Source of the DNA: Octopus bimaculoides
Taxonomy: Eukaryota
Direction of reading: 5' to 3'
Length of the DNA stretch: 51,281 bases
Assembly (NCBI RefSeq): GCF_001194135.2
Contig: NC_068989.1
Span: 76,369,925-76,421,205 of the forward strand
In this document: piece after piece, positions 23,386 to 35,707 of the stretch
How the letters are laid out: each line of letters starts with the position of its first letter
Position numbering within the stretch: the first letter of the stretch is position 1
Made by a program: the position numbers and the translations under genes
The notes under the pieces: generated by a model
What the model saw: only the letters and a program-made list of their open reading frames with translations
The model's database searches: none
Told to the model about the DNA's origin: nothing

Positions 23386-24344
23386 AACAAACAAATTTAT
23401 ACTAAGTATACTATAATAGGAATACATCCACTGCATTTCCGAAATATTTAAGTACTCAAGAGCCTGTCTGCTTGTGGATGCACATGGGCATCGAAGAAAC
23501 TGAAGCCTAGAGATTGTCGGAGCACGTCTATTTTAACATAATACTGAAGGCATTGCTAGTCATTGCATTACTTAGAGAGCTATGGCTATTTCAGTTTTCC
23601 TTTTCAGGATAATGTTAAACTGTGATATACTCATTATTTGATATCACGATTCTCCGACTAACTCATGTGATCTATTTCGACACGTAATAGCTATTTATCA
23701 TGGTAATTTCCGGAATCCAGTGAAACTGGTGAAGGTCTCAATCGATAACAATAGATGTAAAATCTAGGTGTTTAATTGATTTAAAAATGAAATTACCTAA
23801 GTTTTGGACCAAGTACCACTGATGAAAAGTGATTTATTACCGTATTTAATTGTAGGATGCCTTTTTTTAATAAAAACAGTCTACAAAGTTATTCCGGGTT
23901 CTATATGCAAAGTTGGTTTTTTAATGCTCTAAAAAACATTTGTTAAATGTTCACAATTCTAATAAGAGTTGCATCTTACTAGATGCACACCACTTACCCG
24001 CTCGTTTTTATGCCATTAAATACAATAGTTCTCGATGCTAGTGAAAATACCGATATCGTTGAATAGTACAGCCAATGAATTGATATGGAAGTCATACGAT
24101 TGAATTCGAATGCACTATTCTCTGTTGAAGTATCTTAATTTGAAGCGTCAAATGTGAGTCTTTCTCTCAGCAACGAAAATTAATGACTCATACAAGCTCG
24201 TATATCTAGTATCTATTTATATTGCTGTGAGGTGCGTGAGTGAAAAATGTGCTTTTTGGCCTTGAACATAGCCACAATATATGAAATGCTGGTAATTCTT
24301 GTCTCTTTCCAGCTTTCAGCTTATTCAATATGGCGTGGGAAGAT

Positions 24345-24640
24345 AGAAATATTTTTCATTATTGCTTTGTTAAAAGCGTTGAACAAAACACCTGGCAGTA
24401 TTTGTTCCAACTTTACATTCTCAGTTGCAATCCTGTCAAGGTCAATTTTGTCTTTCATTCCTTCAGGGTTGATAAAATAAAGTACAGGTCAAGTACTTGG
24501 GGAAATTGCTTAAGCCTCTTTCCCTCAAAATTGCTAGCCCCATCACACACACAAAAAAAAAAAGAAAGATAAATTGATGGTTCCTCAAAATTGCTGGCTC
24601 TTCACAATTGCTGGCCCCTCACAATTGCTGGCCTTGTACC
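24345..24640 (+). mobile_element. Dominant SINE (old copy) with a fourfold-repeated CTCAAAATTGCTGGC tail motif
   Basis: GGTCAATTTTGTCTTTCATTCCTTCAGGGTTGATAAAATAAAGTAC core; the tail motif recurs between 24522 and 24633. Confidence 0.6.
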
Positions 24641-24789
24641 TACATCAGAAGCAATTATTTTTACTTTGGTTAATTTACGAACTCTTGTGCTTAGAAATTT
24701 CCATTTCAAATCCAATCTGTAATCACTTTATACCCATCTTTAGTACTGCATGTTACTTCAGTCAGTTAGACTCCCCACTTGCATATTTG

Positions 24790-24960
24790 TGACTTCTTGT
24801 CGGTGTAAAAGCTAGCAGAATCATTAGAACGCAAAACATAATATCTTGTCGTGCTTGTTTCGGTTCTTTACATTCTGGGTTCAAATTTCTTTGTGAAATA
24901 TTAACTTTACTTTCAGCCTTTGGGCGTCGGGTCAATAATAATACAGCACCAGTTAACATG
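24790..24960 (-). mobile_element. Old dominant-SINE relic (strand uncertain)
   Basis: GCAGAATCATTAG...TTCTGGGTTCAAATTTC...CTTTACTTTCAGCCTTTGGG motifs are present but the copy is heavily diverged. Confidence 0.4.
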
Positions 24961-26329
24961 ACATGATCAACTGCTCCTTCATCTTAACTAATGTTATTAA
25001 CAGAACCCTAATATTTTAAAATGATGTTTCTATTGCTTTTCTCATCAATTTTGTTTAACTATATAATGGAATGTTTGAGTGTGTTCGACTCACAATTCTC
25101 GCTAAAATATATTTTTAATGAATATTAATTTAATTCGGAAGTTTCTCGTAGTTTAGAAATATGACAGTATAGAAAAAGGATATTACTAATGAGACATGTC
25201 ATCTGTTTTACACAATTAAGGTTTATTTAATCAGTATAGCCGCCAGAGGAAGCTCCTTGCAATTACTTCGATCAAACTGAATGACAATCTTCGTTGAGCA
25301 CTTGGTTTAAGAAAGGATTAAATAAATATTAGTTTCATCTTGACTGATTCAACAGGTATCTATATTTTCTGGAAGAAGATAGGTGAATTTTAAGATATAT
25401 ATCTACTTTTCTAAATAATTAGTACTCTAAAGAAAATTGGTATAGAAATCGGTATAGAAAATGATTCAGTTTGACAAAGAACGTACTTGTCAGCTTTGAA
25501 CAGAATATGGGTAGATATTTCGGAGATGTACTTTTCTGTCAAGTGATATGATCACATACCATTTGTTGAAAGTAAACCATTTACCATGTAGAAGACACAT
25601 TCTAACCATTCAAGACCACAAAAAGAACTTCACGTAATAACTTCACCAGAATTGAAATTAACAGTTTTTTGTATATTTCTGAATGGCAAGTATGTCTTCC
25701 ACGTTGTGTTTCAGTAAATATGGAATTCACAATTTCAAATTTGTACGGAAGGACTTTAAGGGGGTCATATTGTACCATCCATCGTCATATTGTAACATTC
25801 ACCCATCCATCCATCGTCTTTGCTCAGTATTCCTGCTAGGGTCGTTGAGGTAGAGTCCTCAGGTACCTCTTCCAAATGTCCTATCAGAAGCAATCGTCAT
25901 TAAGATATCCGGCTGGATTCCAAGCGTGAACCTACCTCTAAATCTCCAATAAATAATTAACTAAATTCATAGCTAAAATAGTTTCGCAATATAGGACATA
26001 TTCCTAGTGAAAGAAATAAAATGACTTAGTGTTAATGTATATCTTAAGGAGATTAATGGAGAAGTAAGTTATGTAAATGGCAAACTTTTTCCTCTCCCAA
26101 AACAACAGCATCTCTGTTTTGCCTTACTTTTTATCAATGCTTTATTCATTTTCTCTATGGTTAATTCACCCCTCCTTGCACGACTTTATGATCTACATTT
26201 TCTTTCTTTTGTATTCATTTTCTCTGTTCTGTATTTCTTTTTCTGTGCTCCATTAGGTTTTAATTTCTTTATGACACGAATACTTTATATATAAAGAGTG
26301 GGAAAATTGAGGCGTTGTAATATTAACAA

Positions 26330-26700
26330 CTAGTCGAAGGTCGTTAATGTTCTCAGAGCAATAAATAATCTATCTAGAACAGAAAATACTAAGTACCACC
26401 CAGCGAAGCAGCTTCTACGTCGTCACTCGACCTGCTAGATATAGCAACCAAATTTTTGCAAAACACTTTGTTGTTTTTAAAAGGAAGAATACGCTAGATA
26501 AAGGAATATATCACGGACAAAAGAAATAGAACTAGAAATTTAATTAGTATTCAGAAACATGAATGGTGGGTGAAGTAAACTAACAGGTATATTTAAAGAT
26601 ACGATGCAACTGACTGTGTTTAACCATAGAACCATAGAGTGTTTAACCATAGAATTGTTAGATCAGAACTGAGTTGGGGCTAAACAACATCAATGACAAC
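26330..26700 (+). repeat. Old interspersed repeat (family E)
   Basis: CGACCTGCTAGATATAGCAACCAAAT...GGGGCTAAACAACA; homologous to 2350-2775. Confidence 0.55.
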
Positions 26701-26720
26701 AATATCAATAGCATATGTTT

Positions 26721-27107
26721 TTGTTGTTGGCACTCCGTCGCTTACGACGACGAGGGTTCCAGTTGATCCGTTCAACGGAACAGCCTGCTCGTGAAATTAA
26801 CGGGCAAGTGGCTGAGCACTCCACAGACACGTATACCCTTAACGTAGTTCTCGGGGATATTCAGCGTGACACAGAGCGACAAGGCTGACCCTTTGGATTA
26901 CAGGCACAACAGAAACAGGAAGTAAGAGTGAGAGAAAGTTGTGGTGGAAGAGTACGGCAGGGTTCGCCACCATCCCCTGCCGGAGTCTCGTGGAGCTTTT
27001 AGGTATTTTTGCTCAATAAACACTCACAACGCCCGGTCTGAGAATCGAAACCGCGATCCTATGACCGCGAGTCCGCTGCCCTAATCACTGGGCCATTGCG
27101 CCTCCAC
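26721..27107 (-). mobile_element. Full-length tRNA-derived SINE, family B
   Basis: Reverse complement begins GTGGAGGCGCAATGGCCCAGTGATTAGGGCAGCGG...GGTTTCGATTC (A/B boxes) and ends in a (CAA)n tail; very similar to 27852-28239. Confidence 0.9.
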
Positions 27108-27139
27108 ATCAATAGCATAACGTTGATTTGAAATTTGGG

Positions 27140-27312
27140 ATAAGAGAGGATAAGTGGATTAGATCGACGCCAATATTCAACTGGTACATATTTTATAGAC
27201 CCCAAGAGGATGAAAGGCAAAGTCGACGCCGGCAGAATTTGAACTCAGAATGTAAAGACGGACGGCCGCTAAACATTTTGCCCGACGTGCATACGATTCT
27301 GCCACCTCGCCG
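27140..27312 (-). mobile_element. Dominant SINE copy
   Basis: GATGAAAGGCAAAGTCGACGCCGGCAGAATTTGAACTCAGAATGTAAAGAC is the reverse complement of the core. Confidence 0.8.
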
Positions 27313-27851
27313 CTTTACAACAGCATAACAATGAGCTCTCAAATTGTCAGCCATTTTAAGAGGTAGGAGACAATCGATTACCTGGCTGGTATGTAATTTC
27401 ATTAACCACAGAGGAATAAAAGATAATGTTGACATCGGGGTGAATTGAAGTAAAAATTTAAGGAGTAAATACTACAAGGCAGTTTGTCCGACGCTCTACT
27501 GATTATATCAATTGTTCATTACGTCTGCTGGAAACAAATAACATAGAGTGACATAATTACAATCGCATGTGTCACATTGCTGTCACTGTTTACAACGGCG
27601 AGAATAATTTGTTGACATGATCGCATATAAATAGAATTAATAAAAACGCATTCAGGAGACAAGAGACTGATTGTCAATACTCCTGCTCCTTGCATGTCAG
27701 TTTTTCAACTCAACTCTCTTTAACATTCATAGTATGTGTAAGCTAGTGATTTTATATTATTTAAAATAGAACAGTAAAACTTCAGGTTTACTTCAAAGAA
27801 AGGAGAAACTAGATTTTACGGTGCTTTTCCATACCTGGAGCACTTTGCTCA

Positions 27852-28239
27852 TGTTGTTGGCACTCCGTCGCTTACGACGTCGAGGGTTCTAGTTGATCCG
27901 ATCAATGGAAAAGCCAGCTCGTGAAATTAACGTGCAAGTGGCTGAGCACTCCGCAGACACGTGTACCCTTAACGTAGTTCTCGGGGTATATTCAGCGTGA
28001 CACAGAGTGTGACAAGGCTGGCCCTTTGAATTACAGGCACAACAGAAACAGGAAGTAAGAGTGAGAGAAAGTTGTGGTGAAAGAGTGCAGCAGGGTTCAC
28101 CACCATCCCCTGCCGGAGCCTCGTGGAGCTTTAGATATTTTCGTTCAATAAACACTCACAACGCCCGGTCTGGGAATCAAAACCGCGATCCTATGACCGA
28201 GAGTCCGCTGCCCTAACCACTGGGCCATTGCGCCTCCAC
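27852..28239 (-). mobile_element. Full-length tRNA-derived SINE, family B (second copy)
   Basis: Collinear with 26721-27107 along its whole length. Confidence 0.9.
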
Positions 28240-28709
28240 TCTTTACTCATATAGAATGCAAAAGTACTTAGATTTTAAAGAAAAGTAGTTTACTATACAT
28301 TGGACTCGTACCACTTTTCACCACCCTGAATAAGACGACTTTAGTCTTGTTCAAGACAGGTGACATTGCCTGATAACCTAGTACATATTCCCTACAGCTA
28401 GGTGCAATAGATATTAATTGTTCTGCATGGGAGAAAACCGAAGTTTGTTTTAACTCACAATGTATTTCGTAATAGTCATTTTTTTTGCCAAATAAACACA
28501 CGCACATGTTTTCTTAACTCGTTTATTACTGTTCTTATTTCATTATTTTAACTCATGTCCATTGTCCTGAAATCTTTCGTCACACATCTGTGATCTCTTC
28601 AGTGACGCTTTTCTTTTTCGTATGTATTCTTGCTCCACTTACTCCATTTTGTTCTTCTAAGGTGTGTATCCTTATGTGCACATGCGGTTATGTACTTGTT
28701 TGTTTGTTT

Positions 28710-28721
28710 GTGTGTGTGTGT

Positions 28722-28800
<79 letters not shown>

Positions 28801-28808
28801 TGTGTGTG
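28710..28808. repeat. (TG)n microsatellite
   Basis: Near-perfect dinucleotide run. Confidence 0.95.
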
Positions 28809-29352
28809 TCATAGTTTTTAGCAGCGGCGTGGCCTTCCCCTCAGCAGCCCCATCCTTTCAGCCCATTGTGATGCAGCTGTACTAAGACCCGAAAATATGG
28901 TGTAGTTCCTGTAATGTGTTTGCCCACAGTGTTGTCATCGTGGTAGTTGCTGTTGTTATTGCGATCGTTGTCACCACCCCTGCTGCTGTCGTTGTTAGTC
29001 GTGTTGTTGACATTGTTGTGACCGTTTATGAAATTTCTTGTGTGTGTTTCTGTGTGTGTACGGGTTTGCTTCGTATGTTGTATGTATCCATGCCCATTAT
29101 ATAGATTTATTTATTTATTCTATCTATCTCTATATCTTATATTTATCCCAAGTATGTGACAAGTATATTTATATATTTGTTTATGTATCTATATATGTAT
29201 TTATTTATTTATTTATCCATCTATCTCTATTTCTCATAAGTATCACAGGTAAATGCATATATGTCTGTTGTGTGTGTATTACCCTGTATATTTCGGTATA
29301 TCATTTACGAATGTTTTCTTTGTTTTTCCTCTGTATTCTCATCCCTTCTCTC

Positions 29353-29652
29353 TTAATTATGTGGTGCGGTGTCTTGGTGGGTGTTACTGTTCAATTCCTG
29401 TTTTCTATTGAGGCGCGGTCTGTCTACTGCTATGTTTATAGCCTCTGTGATCTGTCTAAGTGCTGTGTCAGTTCTAAGTGCCGATAATAACTTAACCTCT
29501 ATGCTACTAATCAAGCCTGCATGTTCTGCCTGGGCATGTTGTTAGAGCACTGACGAGCTTTTCCCTTCTTTGATCTCTCGCCAATGTTCACCTATACACT
29601 CACCTATCCTGCGTTCAGTCTCTTCAATGTAGGTAGTTGTCATGTGTCTGCA
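29353..29652 (-). mobile_element. Penelope-like element GIY-YIG endonuclease C-terminal relic
   Basis: Minus translation CRHMTTTYIEETERRIGECIGEHWREIKEGKSSSVL*QHAQAEH...RQITEAINIAVDRPRLNRKQE matches the YIGET.R...R..EH...EA..I....P.LN pattern; one internal stop; missed by the ORF track. Confidence 0.85.
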
Positions 29653-30252
29653 CCGTCCTTCAGTACATCGATGTATTTATTTATTGAACCTATCACTAGT
29701 GTACTCTACGTGTTACTGGAAGTTTATAACCAAATCTAACCAAATCACTAAATTGAAAGCAGTCAAAAAGCTAAAATGATTAGTACACCCTTGTAAATGT
29801 AACCAATCCTTTTGATGTTTCATGAACCGACTTATCGGTCTATAGACACTTCATTTTGTTGATTTTCTCTCTTATGAAGAATCTATGAAAAATACAATGT
29901 TTACAATTGGTGAATGATGATGCATGAAGTGAAATTTTTGCAGCGGAGAAGTTGAAATTAAGCAACGCTTAAATATTCCTTTTCGGTGCTTGAAAATGTT
30001 AAGTTAATGCACAAAATACCTAAAGTGAATACATCAAAGGAGGTATACTACGATTTAGTTGAAATATATTCAGACTGAACTGCAGAAAAAGAATTTTATA
30101 TATAAAATTTAGAGCAAATATCAAGTGAAATATAAGCTCTGTTTTGTAGTAGGGTATGAGTCAAACGTAGTGGTTTGTATCTCACACCAACGGGGAGTGT
30201 TAAAGGTTACAATTTAAGAAAACATTCCACAGAGAGAGGAGAAATTACTGTG

Positions 30253-30345
30253 TGTGAGAGAGAAAGAGAGAGAGAGAGGGGGAGAGAGAGAAAAGAGAGA
30301 GAGAGATGGGGAGAGAGAGAAACGAGAGAGAGAGAGAGAGAGAGA

Positions 30346-30440
<95 letters not shown>
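30253..30440. repeat. (AG)n microsatellite
   Basis: Purine dinucleotide run; it explains the RE and LS ORFs. Confidence 0.95.
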
Positions 30441-30441
<1 letters not shown>

Positions 30442-30904
30442 GAGAGACGAAATAAAACCAATGGAAATGTAGGACAGCAACAAAGAAAAAAATCTCAGAC
30501 ACAAAATACTGCAAAGAAAGAATACACTTGAAATATATTTGAGTAAAATAATTACCTAAAGATATTGAAATTTAACTGAATGCTTGGAAGTATCTATCAG
30601 TAGGTGTGTTCTGCCTCTATGGCAAATTATAATGAATTAAAGTAGGTTTGTTATCGTATGTACGTCGATACATGATAATATTTGTTAACTTATCAGTTAA
30701 AAATATAAATAATATAATCCTAATCTGGACCGAGCTGGTCCATTTTATGCATTCGTAATTTTACCTGAGTTAAATGGACAAATGAGTTAATTGCATTGAC
30801 AATTCAGCAGAGATGATTCTTTTAACTTTAATTAAAAAATTCAAGATTATCAAAGAATATATCTGTTCACAGTTGTAATTATACATAACAACAAACATTG
30901 GTTT

Positions 30905-31110
30905 TATATTTTGGCACAAATGCAGCAAGTTCGTGGGAGGGAGCAAGTCAATTACGTCGACCCCAGTGCTGTACCTATTTTATCGACTCCGAAGGGATAA
31001 AAAGCAAAGTCCTAAACGCCAAAATTTGAACTCTGAACGTAAAGACGGACGAAATCCCGCTAAGCATTTTGCCCGGTGTGATAACGATTCTGCCCGGCTT
31101 ACTGCGTTCA
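30905..31110 (-). mobile_element. Dominant SINE copy
   Basis: CGTCGACCCCAGTG...TTTATCGACTCCGAAGGGATAAAAAGC...TTTGAACTCTGAACG...CTAAGCATTTTGCCCGG. Confidence 0.8.
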
Positions 31111-31482
31111 ATTCACATATATGTATGTGTGTGTGTGTGTGTGTGTGTGTATCGGTGCGAATGGTTTTGTTATACAGTGCCGTGATTTACAATTCTGTAA
31201 ATAATTATAAAGGTACTTATATAACATTAAAGCCTATGGTGTTCAACGTGCAACGACTAAGGAAATTAGTCTTATAAAGGGGTAACGGTAACACATTTAG
31301 TTGCGTTAAAAAAGGGATGTGAGTTCGTGTCCCAAACGGATAGAAAGCCTTCTTGTTTCTGTCGAGGGCTTTTAGTCAGTTTTAATCAGTCCAGATCCAC
31401 AAAATTCTGACTCAGAGAGTGTTATGTTAAGTTTAGATATTTCTGACTGGAAGCAAGCCGTAAAAGTTATTTTTCAATCCTT

Positions 31483-31670
31483 TTAACACTTGTGCTATCA
31501 TATTTCAGTTAAAAAATCTTTATTTGAGAAATATTATTTAAAATATGAATTTAGGAAAATAACCGTGTTAGTATCAAGCTGGCTCTTGGAACTCAAATTA
31601 ACACGAAAATTTATTGGAAGATTTTAATTTGGATCACCTTAATACGGAAATTTGATATCTAAACGGTTAA
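31483..31670. mobile_element. Probable TTAA-flanked MITE, diverged
   Basis: Bounded by TTAACACTT...AAACGGTTAA with an AT-rich interior; family recognised from memory only. Confidence 0.35.
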
Positions 31671-31899
31671 ATTACATGCAGCATAACTGAGACGATGATT
31701 TGTCAGTTTTAGTTGTCTTAGTTATATATACCGCGACCAAAATGATGTTTGATGTAGCATCATAGACTTCTAACGCGATCTAATAATTTTTACGTCTTCA
31801 GGACGTTTTTAATGGTACCCAAACAAAAGCTGTTAGTTTAGTTTGTTCCAGTCTTTATTTGTCAGTATCAGCCACTTCTTTCGTGTCACATATCACAGT

Positions 31900-32520
31900 G
31901 ATCAGGTTTAGACAATTCCAAGCGACGTAGCCAAATTATGAGAGATTTAACCACTTCTAGGACTGCACAATGTAAACCATGATGCTTAATTTTAATCCCT
32001 TCTAGAAGTATGGCAACCATATTTATTATCTTTTTTGTCAAATTTCTTCCATCATATGCTACGATGACTAGTTTAATCATTTCCAACATACTCAAAACAT
32101 AGAAGTCAGTTTTAATCACTTTATACTCGACCCAAATCATGAGGTTTTGTGGTACATTTATTACTATCCAAACCATGTTGGTTATCTTTATTCACTTTTA
32201 GCACCATACAATCTATGATGGTCAGTTTGCAATACTTTCGACACAACCTAGACTCTGACGGTTAGTCTTAATTACTCTATCACGGCCCCAAACCCGAAGA
32301 GAACTGTGTAATATCTCTGATATAATTCAAATAATGATATTCAGTTCTAGTTATGTATTATGAGCCAAATCATGATGCTCATATCGAGACACTTTTAAGA
32401 CATCTAAAATGATGTCGGTTACTTTAAATCATAGCTAAGACATCCAAAAGTATGATTCATCAGTTATAATCACTTCTCAAACAACCCAAACTATTAATGT
32501 TCCTTTTATAGTGGTATACT
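31900..32520. repeat. Decayed tandem repeat of about 39 bp (roughly 15 units)
   Basis: Recurrent CAAA(C/T)CATGA..G.TCAGTTTTAATCACTT motifs at about 36-41 nt spacing; approximate consensus CAAACCATGATGGTCAGTTTTAATCACTTTTAGACAACC. Confidence 0.55.
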
Positions 32521-32554
32521 TCCCAACAAATGGAGGATGTTTCGCTTGATATTT

Positions 32555-33135
32555 CTATTGGGTTATCCCATGAATAATGTGGTTGATTTTTTTTATACTT
32601 CTTTTATATTTCAGAATTAAAAGATAAACAAAGTTTTTTTTATCTAAAATATACTCCTTTTCATTTTTTACAATGCCCTTCCATCTATCTGGTAGCCTTG
32701 CATGGCTCTTATTCCAAAATTCACTTGTCTTTGACGAAAAACATTCCTTCAGTACTGTTCTGACCTCATCTACGGAATTCATACTTTTTCCGTCTAAGTG
32801 ATTTTGAAGACTGCGGAATAAATGATAATCAGATGGGGCAATGCCAAGCGAATATGGTGGGTGGGACATCGTTTCCCATTCAAACTGCACCAGCCTTTGG
32901 AATGTCATCCTCGCTGTATGAGACCGAGCATTATCCTGATGGAAGAACACCTTTCGTCTTGAAACCAAAGATGGTCGTTTTTCTTCTAGCGCTGACGTAT
33001 GTCGCTCAGGCTGCTCGCAGTAGATATCCCTTGTTATTGTTTGGTTTAGGTGTAGAAGTTCAAAGTGCACTAAACCTTTCATATCCCATCAAACAGATAA
33101 CACCTTACGTAGGTGAAGACCTTATTTAGCCAAGA
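32555..33135 (-). mobile_element. Mariner element, 5'-truncated, with one TIR
   Basis: FFHQDNARSHTAR and HPPYSLGIAPSDYHLFRSLQNHL...LPDRWKGIV motifs; TA plus TIR-like TTGGGTTATCCCATGAATAATG at about 32555-32580. Confidence 0.92.
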
Positions 33136-33289
33136 ATGCCGGTGTTTCTCTTTTCTTACCCATTGTCTTCGTCACCATTTATTGGCTTTGTGCAAAACTT
33201 TGAAACTCTTCTTAAAGTATTTATATGCACACACACACACGATATACATACATATATTCTTCCTTCTCCTATTCTCCTTCTAATTATTA

Positions 33290-33327
<38 letters not shown>

Positions 33328-33329
33328 AA

Positions 33330-33552
33330 GGTGCCGAGGTGGCAGAATCGTTAGCACACTGGGCAAAATGCTAGGCGGTATTTCGTCGGCCGCAACGTTT
33401 TGAGTTCAAATTCCACCGAGGTCGACTTTGCCTTTCTTCCTTTCGGGGTCAATAAATTCAATTCCACTGAAACACGGGGTTCGATGTAATCGGCTAGTTT
33501 CCTACCCCCCCCCAAAAAAAAAAATAGGCATTGTGCCTATAATAGAAAGGAT
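33330..33552 (+). mobile_element. Dominant SINE, full copy, between (ATT)n runs
   Basis: GGCAGAATCGTTAGCAC...GAGTTCAAATTCCACCGAGGTCGACTTTGCC...TGTGCCTATAATAGAAAGGATT. Confidence 0.85.
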
Positions 33553-33564
33553 TATTATTATTAA

Positions 33565-33668
33565 GGCGGTAAGCAGGCAGAATCCCTAGCACACCGAGCG
33601 AAATGCCGCAACGTTCTGCCGTAACGGTCTGCCGTAGCGGTCTGCTACAACGTTCTGCCGCAACGTTT
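33565..33668 (+). repeat. SINE head followed by a 13-bp minisatellite of 5 units derived from an internal SINE motif
   Basis: Units TGCCG(C/T)A(A/G)CG(T/G)TC start at 33604, 33617, 33630, 33643 and 33656; compare TCTGCCGTTACGTTC in the SINE copy at about 14773. Confidence 0.75.
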
Positions 33669-33689
33669 TCATAAGGGTATAACAGGCAC

Positions 33690-34311
<622 letters not shown>

Positions 34312-34471
34312 TTACGTATTTGTATCATATCCGAAAGGGTGTTGGTACAATCCGTAGAAAATTTCTGACAAGAGTCGTCCTGACAAGAACACTTTTGTTT
34401 ATGATCCTCTTTCTATGTAGCTACTTAGTCAGTAGCAGTAGGATTGTTCATATGCTTACTTTTTCTCACAG

Positions 34472-34545
34472 ATATATATAATGAACAACAAACTTCCCAT
34501 CTGATTTCACATAGCATTTTTAAAAATCCATTTAACAATGCCGAG
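34472..34545 (+). CDS. Candidate ectodomain exon of gene B
   Basis: Strong acceptor TGCTTACTTTTTCTCACAG; phase-1 open frame (D)IYNEQQTSHLISHSIFKNPFNNAE; weak donor GAG|GTTACT. Confidence 0.25.
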
Positions 34546-35707
34546 GTTACTTCCAAAATAAAACCTGTTTTTTTTTTTTTTTATCCTTTTATGNNNNNNN
34601 NNNNNNNNNNNNNNNNNNNNNNNNNNNNNNNNNNNNNNNNNNNNNNNNNNNNNNNNNNNNNNNNNNNNNNNNNNNNNNNNNNNNNNNNNNNNNNNNNNNN
34701 NNNNNNNNNNNNNNNNNNNNNNNNNNNNNNNNNNNNNNNNNNNNNNNNNNNNNNNNNNNNNNNNNNTAAAAAAAAAAAAAAACACGTCTTTCATTTATGT
34801 GCTTTCCTTTATATAATTTTCATCAATTTTTTTCAAAATTTTCCCTCTTATTTAGCATCAAACCAGTCTTATCAAACAGACATGTTGAAATGCGTTCCAG
34901 TGAGAATTTCAGTCTTTTTGTATATTCAACCCACTCCAATGTGTATTTTATTAAGAAGTTACGGTTCAATTTGCAGGAATTTTGGCTATTATTTCTAGCA
35001 AGTACCCCAACTTAGTAAAATCTTACACGTTGGCTTGTTCTGGTATTTCTAGAAGGCCGTGCTACTACGCAGAATGTGCTTCGTTACATCGTTCAAAATT
35101 TGTTTTATTTTGCCGTTTATCCTTTTAGAAAATGTCCACTCGTGAACCTAGATAATTGATCTTGTAAACACGTTCACCGCTTGGCAATATTTGTTGTTAA
35201 ATCTGACAATGAAGCTTTAGTTTTCCGAGCCCATTCTTAACTTATCTACTAGAAAGGCGCTTTCAGTAATCGGTACACACTGAGCACTATATAACTCATT
35301 TTCTTATAGGGTTTCTACATTATCCGCAGATTTACTGAACCGTTTATTACACATTTCCTTTTCTATGGAATCAGAGGAAGCTGTATTCGTTAGTATAATT
35401 GATTCAGTAGCATATTAGCATATGGTAGAATATAGATTACATTGCTTTTTTTCACTACATATTTGGAGGGCGTCAAGTGATTTCAAATTCACTTTCTAGC
35501 TAGGTATGAAGAGACAGTTTATGTGAGAAACATAGATGGTAATTGTAGCATTGCTACTATTCCAGGGAATTATTTTTGACGTAAGATAAGTACGAGAAAT
35601 TTACTAAAATATCTCTGTAAAATACTGTACTTACGAATGTATTTAAAACTAGTACAGCGAGCTATTGAAACCTCCAATGTGTGTAGAATGTACAAGAATG
35701 ATGTGCA

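Noticed and set aside
26721-28239. tRNA-like sequences at about 27035-27107 and 28165-28239
   Set aside because: They are SINE heads attached to SINE bodies, not tRNA genes
28810-28870. Possible hammerhead downstream of the GIY-YIG relic (minus strand CTGCTGAGGGGAAGGCCACGCC...AAAACTATGAC)
   Set aside because: Both core motifs are mutated and stems I and III cannot be formed
32060-32210. Plus-frame IEVSFNHFILDP resembling a CUB domain
   Set aside because: It is produced by the decayed 39-bp repeat, and the frame has frequent stops
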